This document shows, piece by piece, positions 18,727 to 27,351 of a DNA stretch of 64,000 nucleotides. The notes under the pieces were generated by a model. The model saw only the letters and a list, made by a program, of their open reading frames with translations. It searched no databases and had not been told where the DNA came from. Source of the stretch: an uncultured Chitinophagales bacterium. GTDB lineage: Bacteria; Bacteroidota; Rhodothermia; Balneolales; CAYWCV01. The position numbers and the translations under genes are program-made. Positions within the stretch are counted from its first letter, which is position 1. The number at the start of each line of letters is the position of its first letter. The stretch lies in NCBI GenBank assembly GCA_964456845.1, contig CAYWCV010000001.1:30771-94770 (forward strand). The letters are read 5' to 3'.

Positions 18727-20134
18727 CGCCTCGTAAATGCCTTGTATAGAGGGGGGGGTGTTCGAAACGCACCTTCTCCCAATCTGGAATACGTAAACGG
18801 GGCTCCGGTCGCTGCGTGGGACGCAATGGTCGGAGCTCCGGCTCGTATGTATATCCATCCAGACGCATCTGCTCAATGCCATCGGCCTCTTCGTAGACCT
18901 CTCCGTCGGGTGTATCGACACCAAATATCTGGTCTAGCTCGCCGTCGACAAAATAAATGCTCATCGAACCGATTCTCACCAAAATGGCGCCGTCAGGCTC
19001 GTCATTGTCGTCCGTAGGGAAATAGAGCAGCTGCGTATCGCTGGGAATATCAATCTGCCGTACCTGCGACGAATCGAACCGCGCAATAATGGACGAGCCG
19101 GTGAGCTGATGCAGACGACCCGTCAGACTGTCTGCCATAACGGCGAATGGACGGTTGTCAGCAAGGAGTGAGTCCACATCCGACCCGTTCAGATAAATCG
19201 TTTGGCGTACTGAGCTCAGCTGAAGACGATCCTGCCAGATGCGCGAATTGCTCCTGAGCGAAACAGTGCTGGTCGAATCGACGTACAAGATAGAATCGGC
19301 ACGTGCCGAATAGTTCGCGTTGAAAACTGTCGCGTTCCGAAAGGCATCCACCCGATAGGAGTCGCCCAGCCTGAAATACTCCAACACCCCTGCATTTATG
19401 TACGTTGTGTCGGGTTTTTGGCCGGAAAGCTTTTCGATGAGGGATTCCCCGGTCACTTTTTTATACCCGGTGCTGTCGCCATAAACGTCCGAACCCCGAA
19501 ATCGTATAGAATCTGCACGATTTTCTCCATAGATCGTTCCCGACATCCAGAACCGTCCTGCATCACGCTTATACCTGAGCGTGTCACCTTCGAGGTAGGA
19601 GGTTGAATCGGACAACTGCACATTTCCGACAAATACGGCACTGTCGTTCTGGTTGTAAAAGATACCCGAGTCTGCAAGAAGGATGGATGTTTGGTCCTTA
19701 AGCTCAAGACTTCTGGGGAAACGTGCAATCTCGTTCGTGAAATCATACACCGCCGATGTGCTGAACAGAGTCAGGCTGTCTTGCTCAATGACCACGCGTC
19801 CATTCAGGCGTCCGGTGTCGTCAGCAGCCGTATATTCTAGCTCATCGGCCCAGATGGTTTCATTGCTGCCCGTTATGCGCAGATTACCCCATGCCTCGAT
19901 GCGGTCGAGGTCGGGGAAGTGGTAGGCGCTGTCCGACTCAAATACACGGTCGCGATCGCGCAGGCGCACGTTACCGATCAGCCTGTTCACACGGATGCCC
20001 TCCGATGCGAAGCTCCTGAGGCTGTCGGTCCTTTCAATGGATATTCGGTCGCCACCTTGTGCCGAACTCATGTCGGGGATCATGACGATGGGTACGATGC
20101 CGAGTACCAGATATGCAAGAATTTTCATTAGCAT
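18716..20134 (-). CDS. OstA/LptA-like repeat protein (secreted, LPS-transport-fold family)
   Basis: The start is taken at MLMKILAYLVLGIVPIVMIPDMSSAQ (ATG at 20134), which gives a signal peptide. OstA-N-like beta-jellyroll segments recur (LRITGSNETIWADELEY..., FVGNVQLSDSTSYLEGDTLRY...). The 3' end overlaps the EF-G paralogue by 11 nt, convergently. Confidence 0.5.
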   Translation of the reverse strand: MLMKILAYLVLGIVPIVMIPDMSSAQGGDRISIERTDSLRSFASEGIRVNRLIGNVRLRDRDRVFESDSAYHFPDLDRIEAWGNLRITGSNETIWADELEYTAADDTGRLNGRVVIEQDSLTLFSTSAVYDFTNEIARFPRSLELKDQTSILLADSGIFYNQNDSAVFVGNVQLSDSTSYLEGDTLRYKRDAGRFWMSGTIYGENRADSIRFRGSDVYGDSTGYKKVTGESLIEKLSGQKPDTTYINAGVLEYFRLGDSYRVDAFRNATVFNANYSARADSILYVDSTSTVSLRSNSRIWQDRLQLSSVRQTIYLNGSDVDSLLADNRPFAVMADSLTGRLHQLTGSSIIARFDSSQVRQIDIPSDTQLLYFPTDDNDEPDGAILVRIGSMSIYFVDGELDQIFGVDTPDGEVYEEADGIEQMRLDGYTYEPELRPLRPTQRPEPRLRIPDWEKVRFEHPPLYTRHLRGVKL

Positions 20135-20451
20135 GGAAAAAAGATACCTCAAATATGCTTCCAAATACCGAAAAACGGTATGAAAGCCATAAATCATGGC
20201 AAAAAAAAGCTTATCAGGATAATCATTTGTATAAATAGTTGGATATAATGAAGATTGCATGTACCTTACGGATGCCTGTATTGTCTGATTCGATGAGTTT
20301 GCGGTTTCGTAGTTCGTCCGGCAGTTCAATTTTGGCATTTCAACCTGCACAGATACACCGCTCATGGGAGCGATCCAAGAACGTTTTTCGTATTGAAACG
20401 CCAGCCGGTCGGGAACCTGTGTGAATCGTACATTTATCTTTTGTTACATCC

Positions 20452-20811
20452 ATGAAACTCTATGTTGGTAACCTCTCGTATCAAACTACGAACGAGGAAC
20501 TCGAATCTTTCTTTTCACAGGCAGGCGAAGTCGCTTCTGCCATGGTAATCCTTGACCGTCAGACTGGCCGCTCGCGCGGTTTCGGTTTTGTCGAAATGGC
20601 TAACAATGAAGACGGCACGGCTGCAATCGAGCAGTTCCACGGCGCCGACTTCAAAGGTCGTGCCCTTACCGTCAACGAAGCACAGCCACGCGAAGAGCGT
20701 AGCTTCGGCGGCGGCGCACCACGTCGTAGCAGCGGCCCACGCAATGGCGGCGGCGGCGGCGGATACGGTGGCGGCAACGGCGGCGGCGGACGCAGCCGCG
20801 GTGGCTGGTAA
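20452..20811 (+). CDS. RRM-type RNA-binding protein with a Gly/Arg-rich tail
   Basis: 119 aa. RNP-2 is LYVGNL and RNP-1 is RGFGFVEM. The C-terminal GGGGGGYGGGNGGGGRSRGGW tail is encoded by a GGC-rich tract. Confidence 0.9.
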   Translation: MKLYVGNLSYQTTNEELESFFSQAGEVASAMVILDRQTGRSRGFGFVEMANNEDGTAAIEQFHGADFKGRALTVNEAQPREERSFGGGAPRRSSGPRNGGGGGGYGGGNGGGGRSRGGW

Positions 20812-20834
20812 GCCAACCACGCAATTTTGAAAAA

Positions 20835-20866
20835 GGCCCGCTGGAAATTTCCGGTGGGCCTTTTTT
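20835..20866 (+). terminator. rho-independent terminator after the RRM gene
   Basis: GGCCCGCTGGAAA / TTTCCGGTGGGCC form an imperfect hairpin, followed by TTTTTT. Confidence 0.7.
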
Positions 20867-20943
20867 GTATCCGCTCGACTGGAATCGTGGTGACCCGCTA
20901 TTGATAACGATTACTTACCTGCGTAGCTTACGGGTCTAATTTT

Positions 20944-20977
20944 CCCCGATCCCCGATCCCCGATAACCATCCCCGAT
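20944..20977 (+). repeat. four copies of the heptamer CCCCGAT: three tandem, then one after a 6-nt spacer
   Basis: Read directly as CCCCGAT CCCCGAT CCCCGAT aaccat CCCCGAT, followed by a single A and then the ATG at 20979. Confidence 0.9.
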
Positions 20978-20978
20978 A

Positions 20979-21245
20979 ATGTCTGACGACACCACGACAT
21001 CTCCACCGCGTCCCAACTGGCTGAAGCCAGCTGTTATCGTCTTTTTAGGAATTTTCTTCCTGCTGGCCATGCTTTCATCGCTGGGCATCTTCGACGACAA
21101 GCCCTACACGGAAGTTCCGCATGGAAACCACTCCCATTATGTGCCCAAGGATCGTGATCCAAACGTGCCGCTGCACAACTTCCCTCAGCAGCCGCCACCT
21201 CCGGGCATGAAAATCGCACCAGACGGGCAAATTGTGCCTGAATGA
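20979..21245 (+). CDS. small single-TM protein with a Pht-type histidine-triad (HxxHxH) motif and a Pro-rich tail
   Basis: 88 aa. The TM segment is PAVIVFLGIFFLLAMLSSLGIF. It is followed by YTEVPHGNHSHYVPKDRD and then QQPPPPG. Confidence 0.5.
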   Translation: MSDDTTTSPPRPNWLKPAVIVFLGIFFLLAMLSSLGIFDDKPYTEVPHGNHSHYVPKDRDPNVPLHNFPQQPPPPGMKIAPDGQIVPE

Positions 21246-21263
21246 TTGGTAATGCAAAGGTTC

Positions 21264-22520
21264 CTACACGGACACGTTCTTGAAATGCACCACGTAGTGT
21301 CTCACGAGCGGTTTCGTGAGAGCCATAATGTTCGCCGCATCGGTCGATTTTGAAAATTCGCGTGCCTGTTTGCCTGTCGAATCTAAAATCCAGATGCGGT
21401 CGTTTTCGTTTTTGTACGTCTCGGTGGTCACGCTCCCGAACTGCAGGTATAGGCTCACCGTGTGCTCGTCGTTGGGAAGTCCTCGATTGAGCAATTCCCT
21501 CTTGGTTGCCTGCGTGAGACGTTGCCTGTAATCCTCGCTTGGGGCATCCTCCAAGAAGACACAGCGCTGCAGGTTACGGTTCATGAAACGTGTGCATAAA
21601 TCCCGGAGTACCGGATCCTTGTGGTGCATCCACACTTTGATGCTCATGAGCACGTCGTTGTCGTCGAGACCCACATAGTGACGGATCAAATCTGGGGTGA
21701 GTCCGTCTACCACATCGGGATTGTTCTGCATGAACCAGCCGATGGAGGGCGAAGGGAAGGGCACCTCAATTTTTCGTGATGTCAAGTGGCGCACACGGGT
21801 GAAGATGGACCGCAACAGTTTGTCGGCGCTGAAAACGGTCTTGTGCTGATAAACCTGCAAATACATCAGTCGCCGCGATATGACGTAGTTTTCGATGGCA
21901 TACACGCCTTTTCGCTCGATCACGATGTTTCCCTTGTGTACACGCATGGTCTGCAGGATGCGGTCGATGCCGATCGATCCCTCATAGACGCCGGTGAAGG
22001 TGCTGTCGCGCTTGAGGTAGTCGAGCCGGTCGATGTCGAGCTGCGACGATATGAGCTGATGCAGAAACCGTTTGCGGTACTGGTCATTGAAGACGGAAAT
22101 GGCCAAATCGAGCTCCCCGTCCATCTCCTTGTTGAGCTGGTTCATCAGGGCAGCCGTCATGAGCTCGTGGTGAAACCCCTTGATGAAGGTGCCCTCGAGC
22201 GTGTGGGAAAACGGACCGTGGCCAATATCATGCAATAAGATGCCGATGCAGGCCGCCTCCATCTCCTGGAAGGTGATGGTCGTTCCTTTGTCTTTTAGGT
22301 TCTGTAGCGCCCGCTGCATGAGCCCCAACGCCCCAAGCGCATGCGAAAACCGTGAATGCTCCGCCCCCGGAAAGACCAGAAATCCCAGCCCCAATTGCCG
22401 GATGCGCCTGAGACGCTGAACGTAGGGATGGTCCATGAGTCTTAGAACCGTGCCTTTGGGTACGGTGACAAAACCGTGGATGGGGTCGGTGAAGGTCTTG
22501 AAAAGACTGCTGCGGTCCAT
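21264..22520 (-). CDS. HD-domain phosphohydrolase (COG1078 / SAMHD1-like dNTPase family)
   Basis: The start is taken at MDRSSLFKTFTDPIHGFVTV (ATG at 22520). Supporting motifs are QRLRRIRQLG, HSRFSHALG and LLHDIGHGPFSH. Confidence 0.8.
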   Translation of the reverse strand: MDRSSLFKTFTDPIHGFVTVPKGTVLRLMDHPYVQRLRRIRQLGLGFLVFPGAEHSRFSHALGALGLMQRALQNLKDKGTTITFQEMEAACIGILLHDIGHGPFSHTLEGTFIKGFHHELMTAALMNQLNKEMDGELDLAISVFNDQYRKRFLHQLISSQLDIDRLDYLKRDSTFTGVYEGSIGIDRILQTMRVHKGNIVIERKGVYAIENYVISRRLMYLQVYQHKTVFSADKLLRSIFTRVRHLTSRKIEVPFPSPSIGWFMQNNPDVVDGLTPDLIRHYVGLDDNDVLMSIKVWMHHKDPVLRDLCTRFMNRNLQRCVFLEDAPSEDYRQRLTQATKRELLNRGLPNDEHTVSLYLQFGSVTTETYKNENDRIWILDSTGKQAREFSKSTDAANIMALTKPLVRHYVVHFKNVSV

Positions 22521-22606
22521 GCAAGAAAGTCGTTGTTGAAATGTGGTACTATAATAACGGCTTTTTGTGTAGATTTCTGCCATCATCCAACAAATCTTGA
22601 AACTTG

Positions 22607-23686
22607 ATGCCCATGAACGACGACAGCCGCGCATTTCTCGAACGCCTGATATCAACGCCGAGTCCGACCGGTTACGAAGCCGCCGGCCAGCGGATGTGGC
22701 TGGATTTCGTGAAGACCGTGAGCGACCGGCAAGTGACCGACGCCTACGGCAGTGCAGCTGGGTGTCTTGATGTTAATCCCGACTTCATGACGGTGATGCT
22801 CGAGGCGCACGCCGACGAAATCGGCATGGTGGTTCAGTATATCGACGAATTGGGCTTCGTTTACATCAGCAGGATCGGCGGTAGCGACCCTTCGATTGCC
22901 CGAGCACGCAGGATCCACATCCACAGTCGCGACGGCATCGTGGAGGGCATCATTGGAAATACGGCTATCCACATCCAGGTGCGCGACGGCAACCAGAAGC
23001 AACCCACCTGGAAGGACCTGTTTGTAGACATCGGTGCGTCCACACGCGAGGAGGCACTGGAGCTGGTTCAGGTCGGCGATCCTATCACCTACGTCGATCA
23101 GTTCGAGTGGGTCAACGACAACCTTATTACCGGCAGGGCATTAGACAACCGTATTGGCGGATTTGTTGTCGCATTGGCGCTCAAAAAGCTCCAGAAGAGC
23201 CGGAAAAAACTAAAGGTGAACGTGGTGGCGCTCAACGCTGTGCAGGAGGAGATAGGCGGCTACGGTGCCCGCATGATGACGCATCGACTGCGACCAAATC
23301 TGGCTATCGTGACAGACGTGACCCATGCAACGGATACACCTGGGATCAATCAGAAGGAGCACGGGGCCGTTAAGTTGGGCGGCGGTCCAACGGTGACCCA
23401 TGGGGCGGCTTCACATCCGCTGTTGGTGCGACACGTCGAAGATGTGGCTGCCCGTAAGAAGCTTCTTCTTCAGCATGAGGCTGCCAGTGTGCGCACCGGT
23501 ACCGATACCGACAGCATCTACCACGTGCGTGACGGAGTCCCATCCGTGCTGATTTCGTTGCCGCTACGATATATGCACTCGCCCGTCGAGATGGCCTCCA
23601 TGTCGGATGTGGAGACCTTGGTAGACCTCATGGCCGAATGTGTGCTTGCACTCGACGGAATGAATCGGTTTCACGTGCTAGACTGA
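22607..23686 (+). CDS. M42-family aminopeptidase (FrvX/YsdC-like)
   Basis: About 359 aa. Motifs are LEAHADEIG, GRALDNRIG and AVQEEIGGYGA. Confidence 0.85.
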   Translation: MPMNDDSRAFLERLISTPSPTGYEAAGQRMWLDFVKTVSDRQVTDAYGSAAGCLDVNPDFMTVMLEAHADEIGMVVQYIDELGFVYISRIGGSDPSIARARRIHIHSRDGIVEGIIGNTAIHIQVRDGNQKQPTWKDLFVDIGASTREEALELVQVGDPITYVDQFEWVNDNLITGRALDNRIGGFVVALALKKLQKSRKKLKVNVVALNAVQEEIGGYGARMMTHRLRPNLAIVTDVTHATDTPGINQKEHGAVKLGGGPTVTHGAASHPLLVRHVEDVAARKKLLLQHEAASVRTGTDTDSIYHVRDGVPSVLISLPLRYMHSPVEMASMSDVETLVDLMAECVLALDGMNRFHVLD

Positions 23687-23691
23687 CGATC

Positions 23692-25107
23692 TCAATCGTT
23701 GATCACGGGCTCCCAAGGCAGGCGCTCCTGCATGTCGGCCACCACAAATGCCATCACGGCCATTGCGGCTACGCATCGGTTCACTTCGTCGCGGTCGAGC
23801 TTGTCGATGGTGTCGGCATCCGTATGATGATACCAGAAGTATTTGGTGCCGTCGACGGTGAGCCCCATGCTCGGCACACCTTCACGTGTGAGAGGACTAA
23901 TGTCGGCTCCACCGCCACCTCTGGTGATCGTATTCGCGCCGATGGGCGTTAGCATCTGGCCGATTTCGTTGATGACTGCGTAGGCGGCGTTGACCCCTGT
24001 GAAACCAAATCCTTCGGGAGAGAACACGCCTGAGTCCGATTCCATCGCGAGCACGTGCTTTTCGACCTCTGCAAGACGGTTGTTTTTATACACATTGGCA
24101 CCCCTAAGGCCGTTCTCCTCATTGGTCCAAAATACGACACGAACCGTGCGACGTGGACGTAGCCCCAAATCTTTCATCAGACGCAATGCCTCCCAGGTCA
24201 CGATGGAGCCGCCGGCGTCGTCCATGGCGCCCGTACCGACATCCCAAGAGTCGATGTGTCCACCCATGACCACAATTTCGTCCGGCTTTTCGTAGCCGCG
24301 CAACTCGACGATGATGTTGCGGGAGTCGGCATCTGGCAGGGTCTGAGCCTCCATCTGCAGGGTCACTACCACCTTTTGTCCACGCTCCGTCATCCTTTTG
24401 ATCATTTCGGCATCTTCGATGGTAATGGCGGCGGCAGGAATCTTAGGCACACCGTCGACGTATGCCATCGATCCGGTGTGGGGTGTCTGCATGCCGTAGG
24501 GGCCCACAGAGCGAATCAGGGTGGCAACAGCACCCACTTTGGCAGACTCAACGGCACCCATAGAACGGATGCGAACGGTTTGGCTGTAACCACGGAATGG
24601 GGCAGGACCGCGTCCTTCCTCGAAAGCTTGGTTGATGAGGACGATCTTGCCATTAGCTCGATCTCCAAGGGTTGCCACCGAGTCTAACTCGTCAACTACA
24701 ATCACCTCGGCAGTAATGCCTTCTGGCGGTGTGGCTATGCTTCCGCCGAGTCCAAGCATGGGCAGTATGCGTGGACGGGGGGAGACCATCTTCGCTGATT
24801 CGTTGCCACGCACCCAGTGTGGTACTTTGACGGGCTCGGTGTAGACGGTGTCAAAGCCGTCCTTTTGCATCATGCGGACAATCTCGTCGATGGCATCTTC
24901 CAAGTTTTGGCTTCCGCTGAAGCGTGGCCCAAAGGTGTCGGTAATGTAGGCAAGTCTGCTCCATGCCGAATCGGTAGCTAAGGAGGCGTCGATAAGCTGG
25001 TTTACCTTGTCGCGATAACGTTCAGTGATCGATTGTGCGATAGCATGTTGAACCAAGAAGAGTGTAACGATGACCAACAATATGGCCTTCTTATAATCAT
25101 TCATCAA
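23692..25107 (-). CDS. secreted M28-family metallopeptidase with a PA domain
   Basis: 471 aa with a signal peptide. Motifs are GGHIDSWDVGTGAMDDAGG and NEENGLRG. Confidence 0.85.
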   Translation of the reverse strand: MMNDYKKAILLVIVTLFLVQHAIAQSITERYRDKVNQLIDASLATDSAWSRLAYITDTFGPRFSGSQNLEDAIDEIVRMMQKDGFDTVYTEPVKVPHWVRGNESAKMVSPRPRILPMLGLGGSIATPPEGITAEVIVVDELDSVATLGDRANGKIVLINQAFEEGRGPAPFRGYSQTVRIRSMGAVESAKVGAVATLIRSVGPYGMQTPHTGSMAYVDGVPKIPAAAITIEDAEMIKRMTERGQKVVVTLQMEAQTLPDADSRNIIVELRGYEKPDEIVVMGGHIDSWDVGTGAMDDAGGSIVTWEALRLMKDLGLRPRRTVRVVFWTNEENGLRGANVYKNNRLAEVEKHVLAMESDSGVFSPEGFGFTGVNAAYAVINEIGQMLTPIGANTITRGGGGADISPLTREGVPSMGLTVDGTKYFWYHHTDADTIDKLDRDEVNRCVAAMAVMAFVVADMQERLPWEPVIND

Positions 25108-25188
25108 ATAACTCCGAGTAGGGTTTGTTTACAGATGCGTAACTCGACGACAAGCAACAGTGGAATATCGTCTACCTGCTCGGAACTA

Positions 25189-26163
25189 TCAATCCATCGA
25201 TTGCGGATTATTCGCTGAGATCCGCAGGAATTCACGGTACTCTTCAGGTGAGACGTCCAATGCTAGGTAATCGAGCGGGTCAATTGGAACACCATCGATC
25301 CTGATTTCATAATGCAGGTGAGGGCCGGCAGAAAGGCCGGTATTGCCGACATAACCGATCAAGTCGCCCCGTTTGACCTTTTTGCCAAGAACGACTCCTT
25401 CTGCAAATTTGCTAAGGTGTGCATAGGCCGATTCGATGCCATCACCATGGTTAAGACGGATCAGGTTGCCAAACCCACTGTAACGACTGGCAAAAGCTAC
25501 AGTTGCATCGCCCGTGGCATAAACTGGATCTCCTGTGTCACCCTTGAAATCGACACCCTCATGCATGCGGCGCATCTTGTAGATGGGGTGGTTGCGCATT
25601 CCGAATCCGCTGATCAACGAGCCTTCTACTGGTTTAATGACCGGGAGTGCTGCCATTCTGTTTTCATGCTCTGAATAAGCCGCAATGATTTCATCAAAGC
25701 TTCGCTGTTGGATACGGAGTCTGTGCTCTATGATCTCGAGATTCTCGTTCACCGACTTGAGCACGCTTGATGCCGACTCGCTGAATACGTCAAATCCTGA
25801 AAAAATGTCTGCACCACCAACGCCTGCCATTCTCTCATCGTCGGAGATGGGATCCATCCCCAACATTGACCTGTACAACTGTGCGTCATTGGTTGCAAGT
25901 TTGGTCACTTGGTCTTGCATCGTCTTAACGCGCGCGTCGGTGACACGTAGCTGGCGGATGAGCTCGGAGTTCTCGGCTTTCAAAGCAAGTTCGGCGGGGC
26001 TTCCGGCAAATACGCTCAAGCCGGCAATGCTTGCACCTGCCAACACGACACCAGTAAGCACCCACATACACAAATAGTGGACCACCCGATCACGCTTCGG
26101 ATAATCCGCCTTTATGAATCTGCACTCGTCCTTATCGTAGAGAAAAAGATTCTCAGATTTCAT
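25189..26163 (-). CDS. M23-family peptidase (membrane-anchored, coiled-coil)
   Basis: 324 aa. Motifs are HEGVDF and GNTGLSAGPHLHYEI. Confidence 0.85.
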   Translation of the reverse strand: MKSENLFLYDKDECRFIKADYPKRDRVVHYLCMWVLTGVVLAGASIAGLSVFAGSPAELALKAENSELIRQLRVTDARVKTMQDQVTKLATNDAQLYRSMLGMDPISDDERMAGVGGADIFSGFDVFSESASSVLKSVNENLEIIEHRLRIQQRSFDEIIAAYSEHENRMAALPVIKPVEGSLISGFGMRNHPIYKMRRMHEGVDFKGDTGDPVYATGDATVAFASRYSGFGNLIRLNHGDGIESAYAHLSKFAEGVVLGKKVKRGDLIGYVGNTGLSAGPHLHYEIRIDGVPIDPLDYLALDVSPEEYREFLRISANNPQSMD

Positions 26164-26304
26164 TCACAAATTGTTGTGATCTATTACTTTGGCTAGACCG
26201 ATTTAGAATCCGTAGAAAATACTAATTGACTCCAAGCCGTCAAAACAAAATGGACGATTAATTATGATAATGGCGAAATCTGCAATTAAAATCTTATAAC
26301 ATGC

Positions 26305-27351
26305 TCATTCATAGTCGCCCTCGAAGTATTCAACAGCCCTTTGTGGCAGCTCTATTCCTGATTTCTTGCTCTTGATCCGGTCATTCAGCTTTTGTTGAAA
26401 CGCCTTTGCCGCATCGTATCCATAATGCGACGTAAGATGATTCATGGCAATGACTTCAGCAATTACGGTAATATTTTTTCCAGGTGTGATTGGCAGATGG
26501 ACGATAGGAATATTGACGTCCAGGATTGGAACGGTCTTCTTGTCGAGGCCGATTCTGTCGATGTGGTGCGACTCGTCCCACAAGCTAAGTTCAATTAAGA
26601 CTTCGAGGCGTTTCTGATATCGGATGGACCTGATTCCAAACATGGCCATGATGTCGATCAAACCCAAACCGCGAATCTCCATGAAGTGCTTGGTCAACTC
26701 CGTGGCACTGGCCATGAGCGTGTTGTTCTTCTTGGTCAGGATTACCACATCGTCTGCAACCAGACGGTGGCCACGTTCGATCAAGTCGAGCGCAACTTCG
26801 CTCTTTCCGATGCCCGACTTACCGTGGATCAACATCCCAATTCCGTATACATCCACCATCGAACCATGGATCATGGTCTGCACGGCAAATTGGTCCTCCA
26901 AAAAGTCCCTTAACAGAAACATGAATCGGGTCGTCTCCGTTGGCGTCTCGAACATGGGGATACTTTGACGGCACGCGGCCAACACAAGCTCTTCGCAGGC
27001 ACGGTTGCCACTAGTGACGAAAATTACAGGGATGTCGTAGCCGGTGAGCAACTCAACGGCTTTCATCCTATCTTCGGGCGACAACATGGCAAGGTAGTTG
27101 GTCTCGGTGTTTCCGATTACCTGAATGCGCTGCCATGTGAACAAATCGGTAAAGCCGGCCAATGCCAGTCCTGGCCTGTGCAGTTCTGCTTCGGTAACCA
27201 GCTTCTTATCCATGTTTCCGGCGCCGCAGGCCTCGAAGCTCAATTGGATCTTCTGCATGAGTTCGTCGACCAAGTGGGCAACTGTTATGTGTGCCTTGCG
27301 CGGTATGGGTTTGTAAAGGTCGGAAAAGAGTTGGTTTGGGTCCATTTTCAT
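26305..27351 (-). CDS. hprK: HPr(Ser) kinase/phosphorylase
   Basis: 348 aa. It has the Walker A motif GKSGIGKSEVALDLIERGHRLVADD and the family signature EIRGLGLI. Its ATG overlaps the upstream recombinase stop (ATGA). Confidence 0.85.
   Translation of the reverse strand: MKMDPNQLFSDLYKPIPRKAHITVAHLVDELMQKIQLSFEACGAGNMDKKLVTEAELHRPGLALAGFTDLFTWQRIQVIGNTETNYLAMLSPEDRMKAVELLTGYDIPVIFVTSGNRACEELVLAACRQSIPMFETPTETTRFMFLLRDFLEDQFAVQTMIHGSMVDVYGIGMLIHGKSGIGKSEVALDLIERGHRLVADDVVILTKKNNTLMASATELTKHFMEIRGLGLIDIMAMFGIRSIRYQKRLEVLIELSLWDESHHIDRIGLDKKTVPILDVNIPIVHLPITPGKNITVIAEVIAMNHLTSHYGYDAAKAFQQKLNDRIKSKKSGIELPQRAVEYFEGDYE

Noticed and set aside
20700-20811. A GGC/GGT-rich tract that resembles a microsatellite and yields several overlapping Ala/Pro-rich ORFs on both strands.
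   Set aside because: It encodes the Gly/Arg-rich tail of the RRM protein in frame. The alternative-frame ORFs are by-products of the repeat composition.
21264-22520. The HD-domain dNTPase-like protein as an anti-phage nucleotide-depletion defence gene.
   Set aside because: It is a stand-alone COG1078-type gene flanked by peptidase and small housekeeping genes. It has no partner defence genes or island features, so it is more likely the widely conserved housekeeping form.
23660-23680. parS-like half sites: GTTTCACGTG at ~23668 inside the M42 gene and CGTGAAACA at ~62875 inside parB.
   Set aside because: Each matches only one half of the 16-bp TGTTNCACGTGAAACA palindrome. No full site was seen near parAB in this window.
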